In this document: piece after piece, positions 1 to 11,497 of the stretch
How the letters are laid out: every line of letters starts with the position of its first letter
Position numbering within the stretch: position 1 is the stretch's first letter
NCBI GenBank assembly: GCA_049325335.1
Contig: JBMOMC010000044.1
Location: 64,001 to 128,000 of the forward strand
Direction: 5' to 3'
DNA length: 64,000 nt
From: Nitrospirota bacterium
GTDB taxonomy: Bacteria; Nitrospirota; Nitrospiria; 2-01-FULL-66-17
Notes under the pieces: generated by a model
The model's database searches: none
What the model was told of the DNA's origin: nothing
What the model saw: only the letters and a program-made list of their open reading frames with translations
Made by a program: the position numbers and the translations under genes

Positions 1-778
1 ACACATGGGGCTGCAGGTTGAGCGCTTCCATCTTCTCCACCAAATGCTCTTTGGCCTCCTTGAGCGCCTGCTTGGCCTTTTTGCGTTTTGCGGGATCGCT
101 CCCGGCCCGCTTCCATCGGATCGCGACGTGGTTCAGGTCCCGGCACGACCCGCGAATCCCACCCAACATGTGAATGACCTTGGCTTTGATCTCCGAGGTG
201 TCGCGTTGGCCCTCGTCCTGTTCGCCCAGGTCGTCCTCGAAGGCCACCACCAGCGCTTCCACCGGCATCGCGTCCTGCCGGAGCAATTCCCCGCGGGCGA
301 GCACTTCTTTGACCGTTATCGGCATGCCGAACACAATCGAGCTGACCTCGCGTTTGCCCTCCTCGATCCGCTTGGCGATTTCGATTTCCCCCTCGCGGCT
401 CAAGAGGTGCACGCTGCCGATTTCCTTCAGATAGAGGCGAACCGGGTCGTCGGTGCGGCTCAGAATCCCGGGGGTAAGATCGATTTCTTTTTCCTTCTCC
501 TCCCCGTCTTCCAGAAACTCCTCGCCGACCTCTTCCCCTTCCTCGATTTCTTCGAGTTCCTCCTCGGCCTCCTCCAGCGGGGAAAACGCGCCCTCCTCCC
601 CGGAATCAACCACCTCGATGTCCATTTCACCGAACATCACCATGAGGTTGTCGATTTGTTCGGACGACAACACGTCGGCCGGGAGCGCGTTGTTGAGCTC
701 GTCGTAGGTCAGGAACCCTTTTTCCTTTCCCAACGAAATGAGGTTTTTGACTTCGTCGAGTTTCTCGTCTTTGGACAT
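1..778 (-). CDS. rpoD: RNA polymerase primary sigma factor RpoD, N-terminal part (runs off window edge)
   Basis: Minus-strand translation from ATG at 778: MSKDEKLDEVKNLISLGKEKGFLTYDELNNALP (region 1.1), acidic linker, DDPVRLYLKEIG (region 1.2); directly downstream of dnaG. Absent from the ORF track. Confidence 0.95.
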   Translation of the reverse strand, partial: MSKDEKLDEVKNLISLGKEKGFLTYDELNNALPADVLSSEQIDNLMVMFGEMDIEVVDSGEEGAFSPLEEAEEELEEIEEGEEVGEEFLEDGEEKEKEIDLTPGILSRTDDPVRLYLKEIGSVHLLSREGEIEIAKRIEEGKREVSSIVFGMPITVKEVLARGELLRQDAMPVEALVVAFEDDLGEQDEGQRDTSEIKAKVIHMLGGIRGSCRDLNHVAIRWKRAGSDPAKRKKAKQALKEAKEHLVEKMEALNLQPHV

Positions 779-794
779 GGACACCCCTGGTCCT

Positions 795-2693
795 CTACCG
801 ACCGGCCGTTTGGGACGGCCCCATGCGCGAACCCCGCAACGGAACGAGATCCACCGATTCCTTTGCGAGCCGATCTTGTTCACCCTGAAGTTGCTGCGCT
901 TCCTCGTGCCGGCCCTGCGCCTCGGAGCGCTGAATCGCGCGCGAGAGTTCCTCCACGCGGCGCCGGCATTGCTCGATGCGCAAGGTCACGACGCAGTCAT
1001 AAATTTCCTGATCCGGGTCGTCGCCGTCGAATTCGTGCGTGGCCAGTTTGGCCAACGCGTCCGCCACGTCATGACGCCCGTCCGCCAATGCGCGATCGCG
1101 CGCGAGCACGGTCGCGTCGCCGTCCCCGGACCGGACCTCCCGCTGGACCAAGTCGACCACGGCGCGCAGCGTGCGGTCGGTCATGGTATCCCCCGACACG
1201 TCGGCCAGGAGCGCGGGGGCCAACCGGCCGTGCACTACCGCCGCGGCCACGATTTTCTCCGCGTGCGGCCACGCCCGGACCGGGGCGTGCGCGCCGCTCC
1301 GACGGACGGATGGCGGAGGCGTGGACATGGGCCCGGCTGGCGTTCGGACGCGGTGCAGCTCTTCGCGTAAGGACGCCTCAGCCACCCCCACCTGATCGGC
1401 CAACCACCGGAGATAGTGGTCGCGGTCGATCGCGTTCGTCAGGCCGGCGATCACGGGCAGCGCCCGAGCCACCGCCGCCTTCTTCGCGCCGGGGTCTCGA
1501 TAGTCGCCGACCGGCGCAAGATGCTCGAGGACGAATTGCGTCAACGGCGCGGCGCGGTCGAGCGCCGCGCGAAACGCCTCGGGTCCGTCTTCGTGGATCA
1601 CGCGGTCGGGGTCCTTGCCGTCCGGGAGCGAGACCACGTCCACGCGCAGATCGATCGGCGAGAACAGGTCCACCGTGCGCAACGCGGCGCGCACGCCCGC
1701 GGCGTCGGGATCAAACACCAGGCACACCCGCGACACCAACCGCCGGATCGCGTCCAAGTGTGCGGGGGTCAGCGCGGTGCCCAATGTCGCCACCACATTC
1801 GTGAAGCCGGCTTGGTGCGCCGCGATCACGTCGAAGTATCCTTCCACGACCACCAGGGCGCCGTTTGCGGCCACGGACTGGCGCGCGACGTCCAACGCAA
1901 AGAGGTGCCGTCCTTTGGAAAAGAGCGGGGTCTCGGGAGAATTGAGGTACTTGGGTTGCGCGTCGTCCAACACGCGGCCGCCGAACGCCACCACCTGGCC
2001 GTGGGTATCCCGAATCGGACACATGACGCGGTGACGAAACCGGTCGTACCGCCCCCCGCCTTGCTGCCTGGGAACCGCCAGCCCCGCGTCCTGGACCTGC
2101 TCCGCGGTCCACCCTTTCGACGTCAAGACCGCCAGCAGGTCGTCCCAGGACGAGGCGGCGTAGCCGAGGCCGAACGCCTGCACGCTCTCCGCGCTCAGGC
2201 GGCGCGACTGGAGATACCGACGAGCAATATCTCCCTCGCGCCCCGCGAGTCGCCGACGAAAATGTTCCGCCGCGGCTGCGTGGATGTCGTACAAGGTTTG
2301 TCGGCGCCGGTCCGCACCACCCGCGGCACGGGTGGGCAACGGCACGTTGGCCTTGCGCGCGAGCCACTGCACGGCCTCGGGAAAACTCAGGGACTCGCGT
2401 TGCATCACGAACGCAAACAGATCGCCCCCCGCCCCGCAGCCGAAGCAATGGTACAGTTGTTTGGACGGGCTGACCGTAAACGATGGGCGCTTATCAGCGT
2501 GGAACGGACACAGCCCGATCGCGTTTTGTCCGGTGCGCTTGAGTGAGACGTAGGCGCCGATGAACTCGACCAACTCCACGCGCTCCCGGATCGCGCGCAG
2601 CGCCGCGTCGCCGAACCCGCCGGCGGGACGGGGTGCTCCCGGCGGGTCACCGGGCTGCGCAGTAGCGTGGCGATCAGGAGCCGATGACGCCAT
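795..2693 (-). CDS. dnaG: DNA primase
   Basis: CHC2 zinc finger (CPFH...CFGC), KYLNSPET, Toprim VVEGYFD and FDPDAAG, KDPD. Confidence 0.97.
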   Translation of the reverse strand: MASSAPDRHATAQPGDPPGAPRPAGGFGDAALRAIRERVELVEFIGAYVSLKRTGQNAIGLCPFHADKRPSFTVSPSKQLYHCFGCGAGGDLFAFVMQRESLSFPEAVQWLARKANVPLPTRAAGGADRRRQTLYDIHAAAAEHFRRRLAGREGDIARRYLQSRRLSAESVQAFGLGYAASSWDDLLAVLTSKGWTAEQVQDAGLAVPRQQGGGRYDRFRHRVMCPIRDTHGQVVAFGGRVLDDAQPKYLNSPETPLFSKGRHLFALDVARQSVAANGALVVVEGYFDVIAAHQAGFTNVVATLGTALTPAHLDAIRRLVSRVCLVFDPDAAGVRAALRTVDLFSPIDLRVDVVSLPDGKDPDRVIHEDGPEAFRAALDRAAPLTQFVLEHLAPVGDYRDPGAKKAAVARALPVIAGLTNAIDRDHYLRWLADQVGVAEASLREELHRVRTPAGPMSTPPPSVRRSGAHAPVRAWPHAEKIVAAAVVHGRLAPALLADVSGDTMTDRTLRAVVDLVQREVRSGDGDATVLARDRALADGRHDVADALAKLATHEFDGDDPDQEIYDCVVTLRIEQCRRRVEELSRAIQRSEAQGRHEEAQQLQGEQDRLAKESVDLVPLRGSRMGPSQTAGR

Positions 2694-3155
2694 TTACGGT
2701 GGAAGTCGCTCCAACACTCGTTTTACGGCGGTGCTGACCGCGCCGCCCTCGGCCCGTCCCGCCACCCGCGACATCACGGCCTTCATCACTTTGCCCATCT
2801 CTTTCACGCTCGAAGCCCCGACCTCGGCGGCCGCCTCGCGCACCAAGACCTCCAACTCCTGTTCCGACAGTTGCGCGGGGAGAAACGTCTGGAGAATCGC
2901 GATCTCCTCCTGCTCCTTGGCGACCAACTCGGCCCGTCCGGCTTTTTGAAATTGTTCCACGGCTTCGCGGCGTTGTTTGATGCCGCTCTGGATCACATCG
3001 AGCACGTCCTGGTCCGTGAGCGGACGGCCCTTGCCCCGATCGATCTCGCGGTTCTTTAACGCGGACCGGACCATTCGAATGACGGAGACCTTGGCGGCCT
3101 GGCTGCTCCGCATGGCCTCCTTCATTTCATCGAGCAACCGTTCCTGCAGCGACAT
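2694..3155 (-). CDS. yqeY: GatB/YqeY domain protein
   Basis: KQRREAVEQF..AGR.EL..KE..EI.IL..FLP and MGKVMK motifs; usual position upstream of dnaG. Confidence 0.9.
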   Translation of the reverse strand: MSLQERLLDEMKEAMRSSQAAKVSVIRMVRSALKNREIDRGKGRPLTDQDVLDVIQSGIKQRREAVEQFQKAGRAELVAKEQEEIAILQTFLPAQLSEQELEVLVREAAAEVGASSVKEMGKVMKAVMSRVAGRAEGGAVSTAVKRVLERLPP

Positions 3156-3189
3156 GGTTCCGTGAACGATCCCGTGTGGAAAGGGTCGT

Positions 3190-3219
3190 ATTATACGGAA
3201 CGCGTTTCCGGAGGGTCAA
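3190..3219 (-). promoter_or_regulatory. sigma70 promoter for yqeY-dnaG-rpoD
   Basis: Minus strand TTGACC-N18-TATAAT. Confidence 0.75.
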
Positions 3220-3249
3220 CCCGAGGCGCGACGCCGCGCGGCGCGCGAG

Positions 3250-3606
3250 TCAGCCCGGGGGCCACGCCATGGGGCGTCCGCCAAGCACGTGCACGTGCAG
3301 GTGGAACACGGTCTGGCCGCCGTCCGCGCCCACGTTGACGACGGTTCGGTAGCCGGACTCGGCCACGCCGAATTTCGTCGCCAGGCGGCCGACGCACGCA
3401 AAGAGCGCGGCCATGATCGACGCGTTGTCGGCAGTGACGGCCTGGAGTCCATCGAGATGCCGTTTCGGAATGACGAGGAGATGGACCGGCGCCTTGGGCG
3501 CGATGTCCTGAAACGCCAAGACCTCGTCATCTTCGTGGACAATGGTGGCCGGCAACTCCCGGCGGACGATGCGGCAGAAGAGACACGTTGATGTGGATGC
3601 GCTCAT
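3250..3606 (-). CDS. Histidine triad (HIT/HinT family) nucleotide-binding protein
   Basis: CLFC, DIAPKAPVHLL, GQTVFHLHVHVLGGR. Confidence 0.93.
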   Translation of the reverse strand: MSASTSTCLFCRIVRRELPATIVHEDDEVLAFQDIAPKAPVHLLVIPKRHLDGLQAVTADNASIMAALFACVGRLATKFGVAESGYRTVVNVGADGGQTVFHLHVHVLGGRPMAWPPG

Positions 3607-3640
3607 GACCGCTCCTGGTCAGGTCCGACGAACTGCGCGG

Positions 3641-4372
3641 TCAGCGCGCGGCTCGTCTCCGTTTGCGCGTGGGTTTGGTCGCGGTCCGTTTGCGCGACGC
3701 GGGCGCACGGTTGGTGAACCGTCGGGCCAATTCGTCGTAGATCGCGGACGGCGGGATATCGTGCCGGCCCAACGCGACCAACGTGTGAAACCACAGATCC
3801 GCGGTCTCCCACACGATCTGATCGCGCACGCCGTTCTTAGACGCGAGCAGCACCTCGCCGGCTTCCTCCGCCACCTTCTTGAGAATACGATCCTCGCCGC
3901 CAGCGAACAACGACGCCACGTACGAGCCTTCCACCGGATGCGCCTTACGGTCCTGGATGACGCGATACACGCGATCCAACACCGCCCCGCCGCCCTCCTG
4001 GTCCGGGATCAATCGTTCGCCATCCACTCGCCGGAAAAAACACGTAGGCGATCCGGTGTGGCACGCGGGCCCGACCTGATCGACTTCAACGACCAATGTG
4101 TCGCCGTCGCAATCGAGCCATACGTTCGCCACACGCTGGGTGTGGCCCGACGTTTCACCCTTCTTCCACAACGTTTGCCGCGATCGACTGAAGAAGTGCG
4201 TGAAGCCCGACTTGAGCGTCCGCTCCAGCGACTCACGGTTCATGTACGCGAGCATCAACACCCGCCCCGATCCCCGCTCCTGCACCACCGCCGGAATCAG
4301 CCCGGCCGTATCGAACCTGACCGCGCTCCAGAGGTTATCGATTTCTGACTTCTTCGCCACACCCACCCCCAC
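3641..4372 (-). CDS. hisIE: Bifunctional phosphoribosyl-AMP cyclohydrolase / phosphoribosyl-ATP pyrophosphatase
   Basis: [45 protein letters not shown]; start codon uncertain. Confidence 0.95.
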   Translation of the reverse strand: MGVGVAKKSEIDNLWSAVRFDTAGLIPAVVQERGSGRVLMLAYMNRESLERTLKSGFTHFFSRSRQTLWKKGETSGHTQRVANVWLDCDGDTLVVEVDQVGPACHTGSPTCFFRRVDGERLIPDQEGGGAVLDRVYRVIQDRKAHPVEGSYVASLFAGGEDRILKKVAEEAGEVLLASKNGVRDQIVWETADLWFHTLVALGRHDIPPSAIYDELARRFTNRAPASRKRTATKPTRKRRRAAR

Positions 4373-4411
4373 TCACTGAAGACCGGTTTTGACTCGTTTT
4401 TGCTCCTGATA

Positions 4412-4535
4412 AGCCTGTTCACCGACGGGCCGGATGCCAGGCGGAGCAAGGGGCCGCCCCGGAGCGTACTGAGTGCGTACGTGAGGAGGCGGTCCCGCAG
4501 CGACAACGTCGCAGACGGCCCTCGCTGAACAGGCT
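4412..4535. repeat. 124-bp ERIC-like palindromic miniature element
   Basis: Terminal inverted repeat AGCCTGTTCA...TGAACAGGCT; core CCGGAGCGTACT-N5-CGTACGTGAGGA shared with 22330-22454. Confidence 0.75.
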
Positions 4536-4536
4536 C

Positions 4537-5316
4537 CTACACCAGTCGGACAATGACGCCCCGCTTCGCGAGATACGCCTTCACCTGCCCCACCGTCAAC
4601 CGCCGATCATGAAACAACGACGCCGCCAACACCGCATCCGCTCCCCCCGTCGTCAACGCGTCGTAAAAGTGCTCCAGCGTCCCCGCGCCGCCGGAGGCCA
4701 CCACCGGCACCGGTACCGCGGACGAGACCGCGCGCAACAACTCTACGTCGTACCCCTGCTGCGTGCCGTCGCGGTCGATGCTGGTCAGTAACACTTCGCC
4801 TGCGCCCAACGCCACCGCGCGCTCGGCCCACGCGACCGCCTCCAGATCCGCGGGGCGTCGTCCGCCGTGGGTGAGCACCTCCCACCCGTTCGCACCTCGG
4901 CGCGCGTCGATCGCAATCACGATACACTGGCTGCCGAAGCGCTCCGCGGACTCGCGCAATAACTCCGGTCGCGCCACCGCCGCGCTGTTGATCGACACCT
5001 TGTCGGCCCCGGCCAGCAACAACGCGCGAATGTCCTCCACGGTCCTCACGCCGCCGCCCACGGTCAGGGGCATAAACGCACGCTCCGCGGTGCGCCGCAC
5101 CACGTCCAATAAGATCGGCCGTTCGTCCGACGACGCGGTGATGTCCAAAAAACAGAGTTCATCAGCGCCCCCGGCGTCATAGGCCGTCGCGGCCTCCACC
5201 GGGTCGCCGCTATCGCGCAGGTCCACGAACCGTACGCCCTTGACCACGCGACCGTCCTTCACGTCGAGACACGGAATGATTCTCTTGGCGAACGTCGGCG
5301 CCTCGACCGTGCTCAT
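4537..5316 (-). CDS. hisF: Imidazole glycerol phosphate synthase cyclase subunit
   Basis: [35 protein letters not shown]. Confidence 0.97.
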   Translation of the reverse strand: MSTVEAPTFAKRIIPCLDVKDGRVVKGVRFVDLRDSGDPVEAATAYDAGGADELCFLDITASSDERPILLDVVRRTAERAFMPLTVGGGVRTVEDIRALLLAGADKVSINSAAVARPELLRESAERFGSQCIVIAIDARRGANGWEVLTHGGRRPADLEAVAWAERAVALGAGEVLLTSIDRDGTQQGYDVELLRAVSSAVPVPVVASGGAGTLEHFYDALTTGGADAVLAASLFHDRRLTVGQVKAYLAKRGVIVRLV

Positions 5317-6035
5317 ACCGTCGTTCCGGCCGCCATCGCGTCGCGCAGCGACAACGTTCCGCGATAGAGCGCCTGGCCCACGATCGCCGCCTCGACGCCT
5401 TTGATCGAGGTCAGCGATCGCACGTGCTCCGCCGTGGACACACCGCCTGAGGCGATCACCGGCGTGGGCGTTGCGGCGGCCACCGCGGCCAACGCGTCAA
5501 GATTCGGACCCTCCTGCGTGCCGTCGCGTCGGATATCGGTGTACAACAGCGAGACGGCGCCGGCCGCCGAGGCTTCGCGCGCCACGTCGAGCGCGTCGCG
5601 GTCCGTGGCCTCCAGCCAGCCGCGGATCGCCACCCGGCCGTCCCGCGCGTCGATCGCCACCACCACCTTGCCCGGAAACCGGGCGCACACCTCGCGCAGA
5701 AACGGCGGGTCCAAGGCCGCGCGCGTGCCCAACACCACGCGGTCCGCCCCCAGCGTCAAGTACTCGTCGATGGTGGCCGCGTCGCGCAGGCCGCCGCCCA
5801 CCTGGACCGGGACGCGAGCGGCCCGCACAATCGCCGCGATCGCGTCACGATTCTTCGGGACCCCGTCGGCCGCGCCGTCCAAATCCACGACGTGCAACCG
5901 CACCGCGCCCTCGGAGCGCCAGCGTTCGGCCATGGCCGCAGGGTTGTCGCCGTACACGGTCTCCGCGTCGAACCGCCCCTGTAACAATCGGACGCACCGG
6001 CCGCCCCGCAGATCGATCGCCGGAATGATGATCAT
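5313..6035 (-). CDS. hisA: ProFAR isomerase
   Basis: [37 protein letters not shown] overlaps the hisH stop. Confidence 0.96.
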   Translation of the reverse strand: MIIIPAIDLRGGRCVRLLQGRFDAETVYGDNPAAMAERWRSEGAVRLHVVDLDGAADGVPKNRDAIAAIVRAARVPVQVGGGLRDAATIDEYLTLGADRVVLGTRAALDPPFLREVCARFPGKVVVAIDARDGRVAIRGWLEATDRDALDVAREASAAGAVSLLYTDIRRDGTQEGPNLDALAAVAAATPTPVIASGGVSTAEHVRSLTSIKGVEAAIVGQALYRGTLSLRDAMAAGTTV

Positions 6036-6676
6036 GACGCGGCCCCGGCCGCGGCGGACCGACATGACGCGAACCGCTCAAGCAGCGCCAACCCCAATGC
6101 CTGGCTCTTTTCCGGATGGAACTGGCACGCCGTCACGTTGCCTCGCGCCACGATCGACGGAAACCGCATCCCGTAGACCGTCTCCGCCGCGACCACCGCG
6201 GGGTCCTCCGGCGCCACGTAGTAGGAGTGCACGAAGTAGAAATACCCGCGGTCGGGAATCCCAGTCAACGGCTCCACGCGGCGGCGCATCGACACCGCGT
6301 TCCACCCCATGTGCGGCACCTTGAGGCCCTTCATCGCAGGCGCATCGCCGGGAAACCGCACGACCTTGCCCGGAATCACGTTCAACCCTCGGTGTAGGCC
6401 GAACTCCTCGCTCTCGGTCATCAAGAGTTGCATACCCAAACAAATGCCGAGAAACGGCGTGCCCGCGCCGATCACTTCGCGGATCACGGCAACCAGGCCG
6501 AGGCGATCGAGTTGATCCATCCCGGCTTTAAATGCGCCGACTCCTGGTAGCACCACGCGTTCGGCGCGCCGAATCCGATCGGGATCGCTGGTCACCTCCA
6601 CGGTCGCGCCGAGGCGCTCGAACGCCTTCTGGATGCTGCGCAAGTTGACGACTTGGTAGTCGATGATGGCGATCAT
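6032..6676 (-). CDS. hisH: Imidazole glycerol phosphate synthase glutaminase subunit
   Basis: LPGVGAF, GICLGMQ, QFHPEKS catalytic triad. Confidence 0.97.
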   Translation of the reverse strand: MIAIIDYQVVNLRSIQKAFERLGATVEVTSDPDRIRRAERVVLPGVGAFKAGMDQLDRLGLVAVIREVIGAGTPFLGICLGMQLLMTESEEFGLHRGLNVIPGKVVRFPGDAPAMKGLKVPHMGWNAVSMRRRVEPLTGIPDRGYFYFVHSYYVAPEDPAVVAAETVYGMRFPSIVARGNVTACQFHPEKSQALGLALLERFASCRSAAAGAAS

Positions 6677-6690
6677 GATTCACGGGCCAA

Positions 6691-6749
6691 GAGGTTCAAT
6701 AGTTCAAGGGCTCACATTGCACGTTGAACCCCTTAAACATTGAACGCTC
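6691..6749. repeat. Imperfect palindrome built from GTTCAA/TTGAAC units
   Basis: GTTCAATAGTTCAAGGG ... TTGAACCCCTTAAACATTGAAC in the hisB-hisH spacer. Confidence 0.55.
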
Positions 6750-6755
6750 CTTCTT

Positions 6756-7397
6756 CTACTCCAAGGTTCCCTTGCTCGACGGCACGCCAGCCACGCGCGG
6801 ATCGATCCGCGTGGCCTGTTCCAACGCCCGGCCGAGCGCTTTGAACGTCGCCTCCAGCATGTGGTGCGAGTTTTTCCCGTACGGCACGTCCAGATGAAGC
6901 GTGAGTCCCGCGTGCACCACCAACGCTTCAAAGAAGTGTTCCACCAATTCGGGGTCGAACGAGCGGATCTTGCGCGCGGGCACCGGCACCCGGTACACCA
7001 GATACGGCCGGCCCGACACGTCCACGGTCGCGCGCGCGAGGGTCTCGTCCATGGGCACGGCCCCGGCTCCGAATCGCGTGAGCCCGACTTTGTCCCCCAG
7101 CGCTTGTTTGAGCGCTTGGCCCATCACGATCCCCAAATCTTCAACCGTATGGTGCGCATCCACGTCGAGGTCCCCGACCGCCTTCACGGTCAGGTCTACC
7201 AAGCCATGTTTGCCCATCACCGTGAGCATGTGATCCAAAAACGGCATACCGGTGGCGACGCGCGTGCGACCGGTGCCGTCCAAGTCGAGCGTCACGGTGA
7301 TCGCGGTCTCCTTGGTCTTGCGCGAAATCGCGGCGCGTCTGGCCTGAACCCGGCGCGCGGGCGTGACGCGCCGGCGCATGGCGGTCCGCCCCGGCAC
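6756..7397 (-). CDS. hisB: Imidazoleglycerol-phosphate dehydratase
   Basis: RKTKET, FLDHML, HHTVED, PMDE, HHMLEA; start may be ATG 7379. Confidence 0.97.
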   Translation of the reverse strand: MPGRTAMRRRVTPARRVQARRAAISRKTKETAITVTLDLDGTGRTRVATGMPFLDHMLTVMGKHGLVDLTVKAVGDLDVDAHHTVEDLGIVMGQALKQALGDKVGLTRFGAGAVPMDETLARATVDVSGRPYLVYRVPVPARKIRSFDPELVEHFFEALVVHAGLTLHLDVPYGKNSHHMLEATFKALGRALEQATRIDPRVAGVPSSKGTLE

Positions 7398-7399
7398 GC

Positions 7400-8698
7400 T
7401 CAGTCCTCCGGCCGCAAGCGAATATCCACGGCCTGCGCGTGCGCCTCCAGCCCCTCTACCCGCGCGATCTGCACCACTTTTTCCGCGATGCGTCGAAGGG
7501 CGTCTTGGGAGTACGCGATCAGCCCGCTCTTCTTCGTGAAATGGTCCACGGACAGCGGGGAAAAGAACCGCGCGGTGCCGCCCGTGGGCAACACGTGGTT
7601 GGGGCCGGCCATGTAATCACCCAACGCCTGCGGCGTTTGGTGCCCCAAGAACACCGACCCCGCGTTTTTGACGTATTTGAGCACCTTGTACGGTCGCTCG
7701 ATGGACAACTCCAAGTGTTCTGGCGCGATGTCGTTGGAGATCGCGATGGCATCCAGCACCTCGGGCACGACCATCGCGATCCCCCGGTGTTTCAGCGAGG
7801 CCTCGGCAATCTTGCGCCGGTCCAGCTTGGCTAATTGCAGCGCGATCTCCTTCTGCACCTTCTTAACGAACCCGTCGCTCAGCGCGATCAGAATCGTCCA
7901 CGCGTCTTCGTCATGTTCGGCCTGCGACAGGATATCCGCGGCGATGTGCGCGGGGTGCGCGGTCTCGTCCGCGATGATCAGAATTTCGCTGGGCCCCGCC
8001 ACCATGTCGATGTCCACCGTGCCGTAGACCAGACGTTTGGCGGTCGCGACATAGGCGTTGCCAGGCCCCACGATCTTGTCCACGCGTTTGATGGTTTTGG
8101 TGCCGTAGGCCATGGCCCCGATCGCCTGGACCCCGCCGACCCGATACACTTCGTGAATACCCACCAGGTCCGCGGCGACCAACACGTAGGGGTTCATCTC
8201 CCCGCGCGGGGTGGGGGTGCACATCACGATCCGTTCAACGCCCGCGACCTTGGCCGGGATGCCGTTCATCAACACCGACGACGGGTACGCGGCCTTGCCG
8301 CCCGGAACATACAACCCGGCCGAGGCCAAGGGCCGCAGTTGCTGTCCCAGCGTCACCCCCGCTTCCTCGAAGCTCCACGAGTGCGACTGCTGTTTGGAAT
8401 GAAACGCATAGATGCGGTCCGCGGCGATCTTGAGCGCGTCCACGACCTTGGGATCGGTTTTAGCCAACGCGGCCGCGCGCTCCTCGATGGTGACCAAGAA
8501 CCGTTTCGGGGACATCGCGATGTGGTCGAACTGTTTGGTGTAGCGTGAGACCGCGACGTCGCCTTTGGCGCGCACCTCGTCCAACATCCCGCGCACCTTG
8601 GTTTCGATCCGACGATCCTCGGGCTCGCCGCGGTTGACGAGTTTTTCCAGCTCGCGCCGCCCCCCGCCGCTCTTAAGTTTAATGACCTTCATCGCCAT
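7400..8698 (-). CDS. hisD: Histidinol dehydrogenase
   Basis: [44 protein letters not shown]; start placed at MAMKVI. Confidence 0.97.
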   Translation of the reverse strand: MAMKVIKLKSGGGRRELEKLVNRGEPEDRRIETKVRGMLDEVRAKGDVAVSRYTKQFDHIAMSPKRFLVTIEERAAALAKTDPKVVDALKIAADRIYAFHSKQQSHSWSFEEAGVTLGQQLRPLASAGLYVPGGKAAYPSSVLMNGIPAKVAGVERIVMCTPTPRGEMNPYVLVAADLVGIHEVYRVGGVQAIGAMAYGTKTIKRVDKIVGPGNAYVATAKRLVYGTVDIDMVAGPSEILIIADETAHPAHIAADILSQAEHDEDAWTILIALSDGFVKKVQKEIALQLAKLDRRKIAEASLKHRGIAMVVPEVLDAIAISNDIAPEHLELSIERPYKVLKYVKNAGSVFLGHQTPQALGDYMAGPNHVLPTGGTARFFSPLSVDHFTKKSGLIAYSQDALRRIAEKVVQIARVEGLEAHAQAVDIRLRPED

Positions 8699-8727
8699 GC
8701 GTTGTCCTCTCTTCCCGTTGCCGGGCG

Positions 8728-9381
8728 TCACGTCGGAGACGGGCACGCCGCCGTCACCCGTTCGACGAGTTCACCGATCCTCGCGTGCTTGACCTTCATG
8801 CTGGCCCGATTGACGATCAACCGTGCGGTGGAGCGCACGATTTCCTCGACGATGGTCAGCCCGTTCTCTTCCAACGTCTTGCCGGTGGACACCAGGTCCA
8901 CGATGCTTTCGGCCAATCCGATGCGCGGCGCGAGTTCCACCGCGCCCCACAGCTTGACCATTTCGATCGGCACGCCCCGCTGCGTGAAATACCGATCCGC
9001 AATGTTCGGATATTTGGTCGCCACGCGCAATTTTCCGGCCCTGGCGCCCGCCCACGCCCCGTTGCGGCCCGCGGGCGCGGCCCACACCACGCGGCACGGC
9101 CCGTAGCCCAAATCCACGGGTTCGTACACGTCCTTGGGGTGTTCGAGCAACACGTCCTTGCCGGCCACGCCGAGATCCGCGGCGCCGTATTCCACATACG
9201 TCGGGACGTCCACCGCCCGCACCACCATCACCGACACGTCATCCTGGTTGGTGCGGAACAGGAGCTGGCGCGTGTCGCGCGTGAGGCCCTTGGGTCGGAT
9301 GTCGACCCGGGCGAACAGCTCGATCGTGGGCTCCAACAACCGTCCCTTGGGGAGCGCGATCACCAGTCCCGCGTCGCTCAC
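8728..9381 (-). CDS. hisG: ATP phosphoribosyltransferase, short form
   Basis: [37 protein letters not shown]; 217 aa, so no C-terminal regulatory domain. Confidence 0.96.
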   Translation of the reverse strand: MSDAGLVIALPKGRLLEPTIELFARVDIRPKGLTRDTRQLLFRTNQDDVSVMVVRAVDVPTYVEYGAADLGVAGKDVLLEHPKDVYEPVDLGYGPCRVVWAAPAGRNGAWAGARAGKLRVATKYPNIADRYFTQRGVPIEMVKLWGAVELAPRIGLAESIVDLVSTGKTLEENGLTIVEEIVRSTARLIVNRASMKVKHARIGELVERVTAACPSPT

Positions 9382-10640
9382 GCGGCCTCGCGCACGCGCC
9401 GGATCACGGCGCCGGCTCGCGCCAATTTCTCTTCCATCCGTTCATACCCTCGGTCGAGGTGATACACGCGAGAAATCACGGTCTCGCCCTCCGCGGCCAA
9501 CCCCGCCACCACCAGACACGCGCTCGCCCGGAGGTCCGACGCCATCACCGGCGCGCCGCTCAAACGCGGCACCCCGCGCACCACGGCGTGATGACCCTCG
9601 ACGCGGATGGATGCGCCCATACGTTGTAACTCCGCCACGTGGGTCATCCGATTCTCGAACACGGTTTCGGTCAACACGCTCGCGCCGTCGGCCACACTGA
9701 GCAGAGCCATCATTTGCGCCTGCATGTCGGTCGGGAATCCGGGATACGGTGCGGTGGTCACGTCCACGCCGCGCAACGGCCCGCTCCGCGTCACCCGCAC
9801 GCCGTCCGCTTGGGCGCGGACGTCCACGCCGGCCTCCCGGAGTTTGGCCGACACGGCCTCCACATGCGCCCCCACCCCGCCGCGCAGGAACACGTCCCCG
9901 CCGGTGATCGCGGCGGCCGCCAGGTAGGTGCCGGTCTCGATCCGATCCGGCATCACGCGATAACGCCCGCCCCGCAACGACGAGACGCCTTCAACCGTAA
10001 TCACGTCGGTCCCCGCGCCGTGGATCTTGGCCCCGCGAGCGATCAACGCGTTCGCCAAATCGACGATTTCGGGCTCGCGCGCCGCGTGTTCGATCGTGGT
10101 GGTCCCTTCGGCCAATGTCGCGGCCATCAGCAAATTTTCGGTCCCGGTCACGGTCGGCAGATCGAGCGCGATCCGGGCCCCGCGTAGTTTGCCGGCCTTG
10201 ACCCGGATGTACCCGTGCTCGATTGAGACCTCCGCGCCCATACGTTCAAGGCCGCTCAGGTGCAAGTTGACCGGCCGCGCGCCGATGGCGCACCCGCCGG
10301 GCAACGACACGCGCGCCTCGCCCCGGCGCGCGACCACCGGACCCAACACCAGAATCGACGCGCGCATGGTCTTGACCAACTCGTACGGCGCGTCGGCCGA
10401 CGACAGGGTGCGCGCGGTCACGCTCACGGTTCCGGCGCCGTCTTCCCGCGTGGACGCGCCCAGGTGACGCAAGAGCGTGAGCGTCGTGGACACGTCCCTC
10501 AGTCGCGGGACGTTCTCCAGTACGCACTCGTCCTCGCTGAGCAACGCGGAGGCCAACAACGGCAACGCCGCGTTTTTCGCCCCGCTGATCGGGATCTCCC
10601 CGATGAGCCGCCGCCCGCCCTGCACCACGATCAGGTCCAC
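9378..10640 (-). CDS. murA: UDP-N-acetylglucosamine 1-carboxyvinyltransferase
   Basis: [35 protein letters not shown]. Confidence 0.98.
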   Translation of the reverse strand: MDLIVVQGGRRLIGEIPISGAKNAALPLLASALLSEDECVLENVPRLRDVSTTLTLLRHLGASTREDGAGTVSVTARTLSSADAPYELVKTMRASILVLGPVVARRGEARVSLPGGCAIGARPVNLHLSGLERMGAEVSIEHGYIRVKAGKLRGARIALDLPTVTGTENLLMAATLAEGTTTIEHAAREPEIVDLANALIARGAKIHGAGTDVITVEGVSSLRGGRYRVMPDRIETGTYLAAAAITGGDVFLRGGVGAHVEAVSAKLREAGVDVRAQADGVRVTRSGPLRGVDVTTAPYPGFPTDMQAQMMALLSVADGASVLTETVFENRMTHVAELQRMGASIRVEGHHAVVRGVPRLSGAPVMASDLRASACLVVAGLAAEGETVISRVYHLDRGYERMEEKLARAGAVIRRVREAA

Positions 10641-11497
10641 GCCGTCGCCTCCGTCAGCGTCATCACGCGGGCGATCCCGTTCGCGTCGTCGTCCAGCCGT
10701 TCGAGCGCAAACCCAGCCCTCTCTGCGAACGCACGGACCGCCTCGGCCTGTCCAAAACCCAGTTCGATCACGACCCGCCCGCCTGGCGCAAGCACCGAGC
10801 GCGCTTGCTCTACTAACCGGCGATAAAAATCCAACCCATCAGCGCCGCCCCGCAACGCCTCCGGGGGCTCGAACCGCACCTCGGCCTGCAACCGGTCGTA
10901 GTCTCCATCCGCCACGTACGGCGGATTCGAGACCACCACGTCCGCCCGCACGCCGTGATCCACCAGCGGCGCGCACCAGTCGCCTTCCAACCAGCGCACG
11001 TCCAACAACCCGAGGCGCTGGGCGTTGCCTTGCGCGACCGCCAACGCGCGCACGGACCGGTCGGTTGCGTACACGCGTGCGTCGGGCCGCGCCGAAGCCA
11101 CTGCCAACGCAATGGCCCCGCTGCCGGTGCCCACGTCCGCGACCACGGGCCGTTCTCGGCCCGCCAAAACAGCGAGCGCGGCCGCCACCACGCCTTCGGT
11201 CTCGGGCCGCGGAATCAACACGTCGGGGGTCACGATCACGTCCAATTCACAAAACGTCTCATGACCGATCACGTATTGGATCGGCTCGCGTTGCGCGCGC
11301 CGTTGTACCATCGCCGCGAAGCGCGCCTGTTCGTCCTCCGTCAACGCGACTCCCGGGTCCACGTACGACGCGTATCGCGGCCCGCCCACCGCCGCGGACA
11401 GAAGCGCGTCGGCCTCCACGCGCGGGGATTCGATCCCGGCGGCCACGAACACGTCGCGCGCCCAGCGCACTGCCGCGCTGCGAGTCCGCCGGCTCAC
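10631..11497 (-). CDS. prmC: Release factor glutamine methyltransferase
   Basis: [26 protein letters not shown] start overlaps the prfA stop (alternative ATG 11527). Confidence 0.95.
   Translation of the reverse strand: MSRRTRSAAVRWARDVFVAAGIESPRVEADALLSAAVGGPRYASYVDPGVALTEDEQARFAAMVQRRAQREPIQYVIGHETFCELDVIVTPDVLIPRPETEGVVAAALAVLAGRERPVVADVGTGSGAIALAVASARPDARVYATDRSVRALAVAQGNAQRLGLLDVRWLEGDWCAPLVDHGVRADVVVSNPPYVADGDYDRLQAEVRFEPPEALRGGADGLDFYRRLVEQARSVLAPGGRVVIELGFGQAEAVRAFAERAGFALERLDDDANGIARVMTLTEATAWT

Noticed and set aside
5..1804. 599-aa plus-strand ORF, and many other long antisense ORFs (e.g. 15860-17200, 54015-55610, 59363-60859)
   Set aside because: Antisense shadows of real genes (rpoD/dnaG etc.), expected in high-GC DNA; no recognisable motifs
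7400..8698. hisD looks more Lys-rich than neighbouring his genes, a possible xenologous replacement
   Set aside because: Impression only; no junction signals, and it may reflect expression level or conservation. Needs a phylogeny.
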